The notes under the pieces: model-generated | What the model was told of the DNA's origin: nothing | Databases searched by the model: none | What the model saw: the letters and a program-made list of their open reading frames with translations, nothing else | Program-made: the position numbers and the translations under genes | Assembly: GCA_048128005.1 (NCBI GenBank) | Contig: JBEUKZ010000096.1 | Coordinates: forward strand, 62,001-126,000 | Direction: 5' to 3' | DNA: 64,000 nucleotides | Origin: Veleropilina oligotropha | Lineage: Eukaryota | Shown: positions 36,201 to 48,200 of the stretch, piece after piece | How positions within the stretch are numbered: the stretch's first letter is position 1 | How the letters are laid out: every line of letters begins with the position of its first letter

Positions 36201-39200
36201 ATGCTTAATTTACATGAAAATTTAGTAAATCAGCTTCAAAATACGAAATTTAATAATAAAAAATATTTTGACAACATTTTGACCGACAGTATGTTCATAT
36301 TGACCGGCACTTTTTTTCATTAGCCTGTCCATGGACCGGCAGTGTCAAATTTGAATTTCAACCCCTGACCTTCTCCCAGGATTGCCGATGTTATATTTTG
36401 AACCATGTCTGTCAGTATTTGGGATTATGAGAATAGTTGTATCCCCGAAATTTAACATGCATCGTTCAGCCGCTGCAGAGATTTCAGTGTAAGATTCTAA
36501 TCCGATTTGATTCAAATTTGGTATGCACGTCAGTTATGACGAGGACACACCACCTAATTTTCGTCATTTTCCGATTCAAGATGGCCGCTGTGGCGGCCAT
36601 TTTGTTTGGAGAGATGTACTGTGTGTGCTCTACAGTGAAAAGTTATTATCCGATTTGATTCATATTTGGTATGCACCTTCGTTATGATAAGTACATGCCG
36701 CCTAAAGATTTACGTCATTTTCGGATACAAGATGGCCACCATGGTGGCCATTTTGTTTGTCGAGATTTATTATGCGCACTCTACAGTGAAAAGTAATTGT
36801 CCTATTTTATTCAAATTTGGTATGTACGTCAGTTATGATGATGACACGCCACCTAACGATTTTTGGATCGAAGATGGCCACCGTGGCGGGGCGGCCATTT
36901 TGTTTAGAGAGATATCCTGTGTGTGGTCGACAGTGAACAGTTATTATCCGATTTGATTCATATTGGGTATGCGCGTTCGTTATGATGAGTACATGCCGCC
37001 TAAAGATTTACGTCGTTTTTCGATACAAGATGGCCGCCATGGTGGCCATTTTGTTTGACGAGATTTCTTGTGAGCACTCTACAGTGAAAGTTATTATCCG
37101 ATTTGATTGAAATTTGATATGCATGTTAGTTATGACGAGGACACGCCACCTAACGATATGTAGTTACAAACTTAATTACGTCCTTACACTTGCCATAATA
37201 GTCATATTATCGCTAACCGGAAACAGTGAATAATGTCCCATTTTATGCACTATTAAGTCAAAACACCACGATTACCTCCCCTGCTCCCCCTCTATAAGTT
37301 CCCCCGGCGAGATCTCGCCAAGTCTCGCGAGATGTCCGAGCTCAAGGGCACAAGGCCTCAATTCAAAGTTTTCCGCCATTACGGAAAAACGTGTTTTGTT
37401 TTGCTCCGCAAATATTGTCTGTCTGGAGATATATACGTTAAATCTAAGACGCTAAATCTACTTGTAAACAACAAGTTATAAGCATTGAAATATACCCTGT
37501 GGATGAAATAGAAAACATCAGTGAAAGAGAAGATTTATATCTAGGACTTCGAAGAAAGTTGTGAGATTGTGAAACCGACATCACAGCCGTTGCCGATAAA
37601 AGCAAGGGCCGCTCAGAGGGGAAGTTTCGTTAGCAAAAGGAAATTTCTGGTCGGTATATATATCTGATATTATTTGAGACTTCTCAAAAGGTAACTCATT
37701 ATATTGGATAATTCCTTAACGACGTTTATTGCTGGTAATTATTGTTTAAATACTTAACGTCGTTAAAAGGCAGGATTGTTTAGATATCAACTTTAGTTAT
37801 TCTGATATCCTGCCGTTACTGGGATAATACGCCACCGTACTAACTTTAAAAAAAAAAACATCCACGAGGTTTTCAAGTGTTTTATCGGGCGGTTTTTTCT
37901 AAGAAAAAGCCCCCCCCTTTTTAGTCTATTGCCGGGTTTTATTACCCGGCCTCGGTGTTCCCAGCTCGGGGTTATTTTGCGGTATATCGCCTGATCTCCG
38001 ATCTTCAGATTAGGTGCAATCTTAAGGGTTGTAGTAGTAAAGTCCCAACTACCAAACATATACTTTTTTAACTACCCCGTTCCACCCACTACCACCCTCC
38101 CGTGTATTCAGCTATGTTCCGGTGCAGCAACTCCGGGTGTAACCAGAAGACTCACGGATTTGATAGGCACACGGAATGCCGTGTTCACCGTAACTGCAGT
38201 AAGTCTTATAAAGGTGAACTGTGCCTAGTTTTAACAGAGAGGCACCCGGCGTTCATTGCGATGCGTGCCTTGCTCGGCCACCACTCTGTTTGGCGACAAT
38301 TTTTCGGAATTCGTCGACAAAAGAGCGGCGGACCTGAAGGACCGTGCCATCGAGAAGGCGGTGCTGCACCCCCCCCCCCCGGGGTCCACCCGCCGACTCG
38401 AGGAAGCGCTCAGGGCCCACCCGGACCCCGAAGCCTTCCAAGCGTGCAAGGCCCTCTTCTGGTGGTAGGCCCCCGGCCAATAAACCCACTCAGAGGAGGC
38501 AAGCACCTCCAACGAAATCCCGTCAGAGCAGGAGAGGGAAGCCTCGGCCCTAGGGCTGCCGGCACACACGACGGTCCCAGCTGGCCGCTTCCGCCGGTGG
38601 GAGCGTGTCTGTTAGCGTACAGCCAGCCGTGGCTAGAACTAACAGACAGCAGCTGGGTCCACTCAGTCGTGAGTGCCGGATACAAGTTGGCATTCAACCG
38701 GCATCCGACCCTAACCGAGGCACCACCACCAAGCCGCGCTCGCCCTCTGCAAGGCGAGAAACAAGCGGTCTTAGACCAGGCAGTGCGGGACTTACTCCTC
38801 AAAGGAGCGATATATCCCGCGCCGCCCAGCACACCAGGATTTTACAGCCAATTCTTCCTGGTCCCGAAACCCGATGGCCGCTGGCGACCGATCCTCGATC
38901 TCTCGTATCTCAACCGATATCTTCGCACCGAGAAATTCCAGCAAGAAACCCTCTCGAAGATACGAGCGGCCATCCGTCCGGGAGACTGGGCAGCGTCTAT
39001 CGATCTGACCGACGCGTATCTGCATGTCCCGATGCATATCACGGCTCATCAGTACATTCGGTTTATACACGGGGAGACGATCTACCAATTCAGGTGCCTA
39101 CCGTTCGGTCTATCGTCAGCCCCCTACGTCTTCACGAGAACAGTACAGGCCCTCGGAGCCTTCCTACACTCTCTAGGGCACAGGGTACATATGTACCTCG

Positions 39201-42200
39201 ACGACTGGCTGATCCTCGGGGCGTCCCGGGATCTGTGCCACCGGGCTACGAGCTTTACCCTGTCATCGGCGAAGCGACTGGGATTTCAGATCAACGAGAC
39301 AAAATCCTGCTTCGTACCCTCCAAGACGTTTACGTTTCTCGGAGTCGACTTCGATACGGTCCGGTACACCGCGAAGCCGACCCAGAAACGTATACGGAAC
39401 CTACGCGCGGTTATTCAAGACACCCTGTCATCGGAGATAACTACGGCGCGACAACTGGCCACTGTCCTGGGGCACATCGAGTCGGTAGCGACCCTGCTAC
39501 CGACGGGTCGAATGGACAAACGACCGTTACAGCGTTCAGAGATCGCTGGATACAACGGACGGGGCAGTGGACGGATCGTATCGATCTTCGGCATTGGTTT
39601 ACCCGCACGACAGCAGTGTGGTTGAACCTTGCTTTGCCGAGCCAGTCGGTTCCTATATCCCCGCCAGAGCCGAACGCTTACCTGTTCACAGACGCTTCGA
39701 ACGACGACTGGGGTGGTCACCTCGACAGTTAAGAGACATCGGACCTATGGCCGACGGACCTTCAGGGACGACACATCAACTTCCTAGAGTTAGAAGCGGT
39801 CTACCTGACAGTATGGTCCCTCTCGTCACATCTCCGCAACAAGCACATAATGCTCGCCACGGACAACACGACTGTCGTCGCTTACATTCAGCACCAGGGC
39901 GGCACTCGCTCGCGTCCCCTTTGCGACCGAGCAATCGACCTACACCGCCTAGTGATGTCCCTCAACTCGACGATACGAGCGCGACACATCCCGGGAAAGC
40001 TGAATGTCAGAGCGGACTCGCTCTCTCGGAAATCACAGATTATACACACAGAGTGGACGCTACACAGCCGAGTAGCTCGGGACGTTTGTCGCCGGTGGTC
40101 ACAACCCCAAGTCGATCTGTTTGCAACAGAATTCAATCACCGACTACCTCTGTATGTCTCCCCGTACCCGGATCCGGCCGCCCTAGCGGTCGACGCGCTG
40201 TCAATGACATGGGATAATCTGTCCGCGTATGCCTTCCCCCCGTCGTGCATCCTGACACTCGTACTACAGAAGGCATCGAACGAACGTTGCGAGATAACGC
40301 TAATCACTCCCCTGTATCGCACGCAACCTTGGTTTCCGACCCTCCTCGATCTGATCGTCGATCGACCGTTAGCGCTCCCGCAGAGACCGGACCTGTTAAT
40401 GCAGGCGTGCACCCGTGTGTTACACCCGTCGCCGAACGACTTACGTTTACACGCCTGGCGGTTATCGAACGATCCCTCGCTAAGAAAGGATTTTCTCGCG
40501 CTACAGCCCTACGCATCTATCGATCGAGAAGGCTTTCCACGTCTAAAGTCTACGACTACCGATGGGTCAAATACGTGGATTGGTGTCACAGCCGGGCAGG
40601 TCAATATTCTCCGTCCCCCTGTGAACAAATTTATCGAGTTTCTATCGTCGCTCTTCGAACGCGGAATGTCAGTGTCCGCCGTCAAAGGCTATCGGGCAAC
40701 GGTGGCGACCACGTTAAAACAGTGCCATGCCCATGTTAGCTTGTCTAGCGACCGAACGATTTCGGATTTTATACGATCTTACGAACTCGAAATGCCGACC
40801 CGCACGATACGGCCGCCTGCCTGGAACATCGTCCTCATACTCAACGCTCTACCGAGCCTATGTGCTCGGCTTCTATGAGAAATCTAACGCACAAAACGGT
40901 TTTTCTTATCGCCTTAGCGTCGGGCAGGCGTTGTTCAGAAATTCCAGTCAGACGGGTCGGTGATGCTGCGTCCTATCTTGGGCTTTCTCGCCAAGAATCA
41001 ACGGCCGAACGAGGACGCCCCCGATATCATTATCCCCAAGCTTACGCTGGTCGGAAGACACGATGTGGACCGTTTAAACTGTCCGGTGCGTGCATTACGT
41101 TACTACCTCGACAGGACCCGTGATATGCGGCAGGGAAAACTACGTCTATTTATTTCGTATTTACCTTCCTATACCCGCGACATTACGAAGACGACTGTTT
41201 CGCGGTGAATTTCACAGGTGGTGAGAGACGTATACTCTCGCTGTGAAAAAGTAGACCGCACTATTGTATCGGTCCGCGCGCACGAGGTCCGTGCATTTGC
41301 TCAGCGTTGCTTCAAGCAGGTTACTGGAAGAATCCAAATGTTTTTGTTAAACATTACCTGCGGGATTATTCCATGAGGCTGATGGGTTGAGCAGTCTACA
41401 ATGTGTAGCTGCTCAACGATGTATTATTAGACAAAGGTCGTCTAATCAGTGAGTATTGTTTCTTGATTTATCAATTTAATACTTCGTGCTGAAGCAATGT
41501 TATTGTTATGCCTAGGTGTTCTATGAAATAGACACATTATGAGGCGATTCAATGTATGTTCATTTCTTAAAAACATTTTAAGATCTTGATACTTTCATGT
41601 CATACCTGAGTATTTTGACACGCCAGTTCACATTGAATTTAATAAACATTTATATTGCAAAAAATCTTATAGGATTTTGAGGTTCAATATTATTGATGTT
41701 CTATGCTGTTATAGAACATACGATGTTCAAGACATTGAAATTTTTTTAATATTTCCTTCCTTAAAATTTATTTTAAGTAACATGTACTCATGTTAGCTTT
41801 TCGCAAGTTGGTCATGCGAATTACTTATTAATATCGATTATTTATTATAATCTATTAATTCTTTGCTTAAGATTTGATGTCTTCACAACCTATTAGGTTC
41901 CGTGTGACTACAAATCCGACTGCTTCCTCTGGCTACCGGCCTATGGCCCTGAGTACCAGTTGGCTGCCACTGGTCCATGACACGTAAGGCCTACAAGGAT
42001 CTTCCTTCCGGCCGTGCCTGGGGCTGATTGCACTTCCGTTCACCTTGTCCGACTAACACCACGGCGTATTCTCCCGGTTTCACTGGTCGAGATTCTCGCC
42101 AGGTAAGAGTAGAATAATACTCAGCAGATTCCACTCTGAGCGGACACAATCGTCGCTTCAAGCTGATTGATATGGTGAAAAGTAAGTCATAATCTTGTTT

Positions 42201-45200
42201 GGGATTGTTGTAAGGAACTTCTTACCCACCTATCCAAGGTCATTCTGGCAAGTGTAAGGACGTAAGTAAGTTTGTAACTACATATGAGGTTTTTAAGTAA
42301 ACCTAATATTAGTTAAAACATACTTACGTCCTTACTACGATTACCCACCCTGCGCTTTCGCATTCCTCCCCTCTTACTAAGTTCCTTTGGTGTTCTGAAC
42401 TTTGAATTGAGGCCTTGTGCCCTTGAGCTCGGACATCTCGTGAGACTTGGCGAGATCTCGCCAGGGGAACTTATAGAGGGGGAGCAGGGGAGGTAATCGT
42501 AGTGTTTTGACTTAATAGTGAATAAAATGGGACATTATTCACTGTTTCCGGTTAGCGATAATATGACTATTATGGCAAGTGTAAGGACGTAAGTATGTTT
42601 TAACTAATATTAGGTTTACTTAAAAACCTCATTTTTGTCGTTTTCAGATTCAAGATGGCCGTCGCGGCAGCCATTTTATTTGAGATATTTCTTGTGCGTG
42701 ATCTACAGTGAAAAGTTCTAATCCGATTTGATTCAAATTTGGTATGATGAGGACACTGTGCCTATTGATTTGAGCTACCGTGGGAGGGGGGATGTATCCC
42801 TCGACTTGCTTGGTCGAGGATTCGCTAGTTATGGATTGATTTCAATGAAATTTTGTGGACAGATTGGTCTTTTGCCAAGTACAAATCCAGTAGATTTTGA
42901 TGGCGATGGGGAAGTGACCTGTATTCGTCATATGCCCCCTCTATTTACCAGTTAATTTGTAGCAACACATTGGGCCGTTCACTGCAGCGTTCTCGATCTT
43001 AACTGTAATATCAGGGAATATTTGCAAAGCTGACTAACTTTAGCCATAACTGAGACATACTTTAATTTGAAATGTATATAGGAGTTGCTGAAACCTTTAA
43101 ATATTTGTCGTGTCGAATGCTAGTTACGTTTAATGTGCAAACTTTATATATAATTTGGCTTTAGATTTATTCATCTGCATTTGTACTACATTCATTCTGT
43201 AGGAGTTATTAATTTACCCCCAGAATCGTAATACCTGGGCAGCCGACCTGGATGTGAGTACAGCGAGATGTGTGGCATCTAACCCAATCCTGAACCAGCA
43301 TTAACTAACACATTTGTCCTTGGAATTTTCCCCAAATATTTGTTTCTTTAGATACTATTAGCCATCTTCAATTCTCTAATTATATAACTGTATGCGACTT
43401 CAAAACAATTCTCTTTCCATTTACATCATTTTAGCCGATTTCTGCATCAGTCATTTCACCTTGCCTTTCTTTGATAATGTTTTTATTATACTGGCTGTGC
43501 TTTCACTGTCATTCAGTCTAATAGAGACTTATATAACCATATTTAGATTCTGAAGTACTTTAATTTGTTTGTCGATCAAAGTATTTCATCTTTCAATAAA
43601 GACAGAATCATATAAATTTTACAATATGCATGATTTTGTATTGTAAGATATTTTCACATACACGTAGGTACAGTATCTGAATGTTTGAAATACGTCTTGT
43701 TGAGAAGTAATATTTGGTGAAATGTAGTGATGCAAAATATATTTTTTTATTTGTCTGTTATAAAACATCAATATTCTGCTTTGCAGAAACCTTATTTACA
43801 ATCAGGTAATCTTAAGGCCACCGCACACGTCCGAATTTTCCCGTACGGTTTTTATCGGAACCTGCTTGCGGGTGAAAATAGGTGCGTGTGCGGACTCATT
43901 TTCCTGCGGTTTTTACCGTACGACTTTTCCCGGAAGGTATTAAGCTGGCTTGATACTTGTTATAAAAATCGTACGATAAAAATCGGACCGGTGCGTGTGC
44001 AGTGTTCTGCGGGAAAATCGGTGAAGCCGACTAACAAATAATATGGCTATTTTATTAAAAATGGCCATTTTAACTGCCGTATGATCACTTCATTCCGATT
44101 TTAATCGGAAGCCGGCGCACACGTGTGGGGTACTGCAATTATTCTCGGCGATAAAAACCGCCGATTAAAATCGGACGTGTGCGGTGGCCTTTATTTGTAC
44201 TGAAGCCTAGCACATTGTTTAGTTGAAATTTTACTGGCTATAATAATATACGCTACACATAAATGCTGTGCTTTTGTATGTATGTGATTAATTTTCTAAT
44301 ATGTTTAGTTATATTTGTAGGATTCTCCAAAAACGGAAACCAAAAAGACACACAAAATTAATGCCAGACAGCGACCACAATCTGTTATTGGTAAGTCAAA
44401 GTTGTCACAATCACTGTCCTCAAGATATATTTCTACCCATGCAAATTTCTACATAAAGATTTCTTAACTTATTCAGTAGTGCGACGATAACTTATGTCCC
44501 TGTACGTCCATCCAATTGTACTGATGTTCAAATTACCTTATAGACACCCGTATATGGTCTATGATATTTTCATGGGTAAAGTTGAACAGGTGTAAATTCA
44601 CTATATATCAGTACATGTTGAATAGGCTTTATTTAAATCTTAAAATGTCACCACATATTTAAACTCCTAAATATATTTTATTTTTGAAAAATGTTATAAT
44701 AGTTGCACATTCCAATTAAGATAAAATAGTTCAATATCCTTTTTAACCCCAGCTTAAAAAAAAGCTGGGGTTATTGTCATCGCCCGAGGCGGGCGGGCGG
44801 GCGGACGGGCGGCTCATGTTGTCCGGCCTATATCTCGGCTACCAAACATGTTACCTTGATTTCATATGGTATGCTAACTACCCTTATCATATGCTAGTGC
44901 ATGGCGGCGAAATTTCACGTGAATGACCTTTGACCTTGCGGCAATGACCTTTGACCCTTAAATTTTGTCCGGGCCGTTTCTCGGAGACCAAACATGTTAG
45001 CCTTCTAATTTTTTTTTAGATGTGTTCCCTATACTTAAAACCTGTGCATGGCAGTAAAATTTTGATCATTTGACCTTTGACCTCTGCGTAGTGACGTTCA
45101 CAAATTTTCTATATTTAGATTTTTTAAATTTTTCGAAATGTTTTTATTTTTCGGGGCCAAAGTATTCCTTTAGGGTTAGTACATCATATAACAAATACGA

Positions 45201-48200
45201 AAAATGGCCTTTGGTCAAAGGTCAAGGTCACAGAGGTCAAAATATACTCACAATTTTCAATGTTGTCCGGCCTATATCTCGGCTACCAAACATGTTACCT
45301 TGATTTCATGTGGTATGCTAACTACCCTTGTCATACGCTAGTGCATGGTGGCGAAATTTCATGTGAATGACCTTTGACCTTGCGGCAATGACCGTTGACC
45401 CATAAATTTTGTCCGGGCCGTTTCTCGGAGACCAAACATGTTAGCCTTCTAATTTTTTTTTAGATGTGTTCCCTATAATTCAAACCTGTGCATGGCAGTA
45501 AAATTTTGCTCATTTGACCTTTGACCTCTGCGTAGTGACCTTCACAAATTTTCTATATTTAGATTGTTTTTATTTTTCGTAATTTTTTATTTTTCGGGGC
45601 CAAACTATTCCTTTAGGGGTAGTACATCATATAACAAATACGAAAAATGGCCTTTGGTCAAAGGTCAACGTCACAGAGGTCAAAATATACTCACAATTTT
45701 CAATGTTGTCCGGCCTATATCTCGGCTACCAAACATGTTACCTTGATTTCATGTGGTATGCTAACTACCCTTGCCATACGCTAGTGCATGGTGGCGAAAT
45801 TTCACGTGAATGACCTTTGACCTTGCGGCAATGACCTTTGACCCTTAAATTTTGTCCGGGCCGGTTCTCGGAGACCAAACATGTTAGCCTTCTATTTTTT
45901 TTCTTAGATGTGTTGCCTATGCTTCAAACCTGTGCATGGAAGTAAAATTTTGATCATTTGACCTTTGACCTCTGCGTAGTGACCTTCACAAATTTTCTAT
46001 ATTTAGATTTCTTTAATTTTTCTTAATTTTTTTATTTTTCGTGGCCAAACTATTCCTTTAAGGTTAGTACATCATATAACAAATACAAAAAATGACCTTT
46101 CGTCAAAGGTCAAGGTAACAGAGGTCAAAATATATTCGCATTTTGCAATGTCCGGTATATATCTCGGCTACCAAACATGTTACCTTGATTTCATATGGTA
46201 TGCTAACTACCCTATCATACGCTAGTCCATGATGGCGAAATTTCATGTGAATGACCTTTGACATTGCGGCAATGACCTTTGACCCTTAAATTTTGTCCGG
46301 GCCGGTAATGCCCTTTCGTCAAAGGTCAAGGTCACAGAGGTCTAAATATACTCACAATTTTTTCTTTTAAATTATTTTTTCATCCGAACTTCTTCATGAT
46401 GGACAGTTAGCACAGTGTTTAGCCAAGGGCTACTGGCAAGGTCAAGATCACAGATTTTATATGGCAGTCTGATTGCTATATATGCTGGGGTTCCTGATAG
46501 CCGGGCGGCTGTCTATTTTCTATTATTGTCATGTCAACTTGGCATTTTTTTAAGTTGGACCTTTTAATAACATTGATTACACCATATTGAGAATTTTTAT
46601 TACATCTTGCAGTTCGAATTGGTATTTAAATACATTAATGTATTCTTTTCGTGACTTTCACAATTATAAATGTGAGGTTGAATGATTGCCTATAATGGCT
46701 GATGAAACTTTGCTGCAGTGTAAATCTATTTTTTTGTAAATGAGCATCTCTCAAACTATTTCAAGACACCTTGTCAGACATAACTGCATATCCAAAGCAT
46801 TTCAGATAAGATGATATTTTCTTTCGAATGGTAGATCTTATGTTTCATTGTACAAGTAATTATTAGTCATTAATTCATGTCTGGCATGATTGAATAATAG
46901 TTATCTTCATAGTAATGCCATAGTTATTTGTACTGTACTATTGTTGAACTAACATATTGAATGTAGAGATAAATTAAGGGAGTCAAATTATCAAAATTCT
47001 TTTTTCGACAGTTCTACTGATACCAACTTCAGCCAAGTTTAAATACTAGGTTACAATGAATACTTTTTTAATCTAATTGTATCCCCGAAATTTACCATTT
47101 CGGGGATAGTATGGCTTAGGCCTTCTTTCAGCCGCCGCAGAGATTTCTTGTGTGCGCTCTACAGTGAAAGGATCTAATCCGATTTGATTCAAATTTGGTA
47201 TGCACGTCAGTTATGATGAGGACACGCCACCAAACGATTTTCGTCATTTTCTGATCCAAGATGGCCACCACGGCGGCCATTTTGCTTGGCGATATTTCCT
47301 GTGTGCACTCAGTGAAAAGATATTATCCGATTTGATTCATATTTGGTATGCGCGTTCGTTATGATGAGTACATACTGCCTAAAGATTTTCATTGTTTTCG
47401 GATACAAGATGGCTGCCATGGTGACCATTTTATTTGATGAGATTTCTTGTGCGCGCTCTACAGTGAATTGTTATTATCCGATTTGATTCATATTTGTTAT
47501 GCGCTTTAGTTGTGATGTGGATATGCCTCGTAAATATTTTCGTCGTTTTTTAATCCAAGATGGCACCTTGGCGGCCATTGTGGTTGATTAGATTTCTTGG
47601 GCACGCTCTACAGTGAAAAGTTATTGTATGATTTGATACAAATTTGGTATGCATGTTAGTTATGATGAGGACATGCTACCTAATGATTTTCGGATTCAAG
47701 ATGATCACCACAGCAGCCATTTTATTTGAAGAGATTTCTTTTGCGCTCCCTACAGTGAACAGTTATTTTCCGATTTGATTCAAATTTGATATGCACGTTA
47801 GTTATGATGAGAACACGCCGCCTAACGATTTCTGTTTGTTTCGGATCCAAGATGGCCATCGCGGCGGCAATTTTATTTTAAGATATTTCTTGTGCGCGAT
47901 CAACAGTGAAAAGTTCTATTATGATTTGATTCAAATTTGGTATGATGAGGACACGGTGCCTATTGATTTTTGCTACCGTGGGTCGAGGATTCGCTAGTTA
48001 AAATATTTAATTCTTGATAGATTTTGATGTTATTCGTATATCCATTGTAATATTATGTCGCTGATGTGTGCCCACCTTAAGAACTCACCAGCTGCTCTGT
48101 GTCGTGTTTAAAGCTTGGCTTTGCCTCACCGTGTTGTGCACTCTGTAAACTTGCTTTTGTCGTCAGATCGTGAACAAGTTCGACAAGCCCTAAAATTATT

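Larger units (their letters stand above)
37156..42632 (+). mobile_element. DIRS1-like retrotransposon copy B (related subfamily; internally deleted and decayed)
   Basis: ITRs 37176-37370 / 42398-42592 (about 4 mismatches), ICR ~42246-42335, right extension to 42632. About 1.8 kb of gag is deleted at ~38244. Confidence 0.95.
36437..42830 (+). mobile_element. HINE-like element with ~150-bp tandem array, split by DIRS copy B
   Basis: Starts TTGTATCCCCGAAAT; ends GGGGATGTA-CCTCGAC..GTCGAGG-CTAGTT; the array resumes in register after 42632. Confidence 0.7.

Noticed and set aside
43787..43805. Possible micro-exon ttgcag|AAACCTTATTTACAATCAG|gtaat
   Set aside because: At 19 nt it breaks the frame between phase-0 neighbours.
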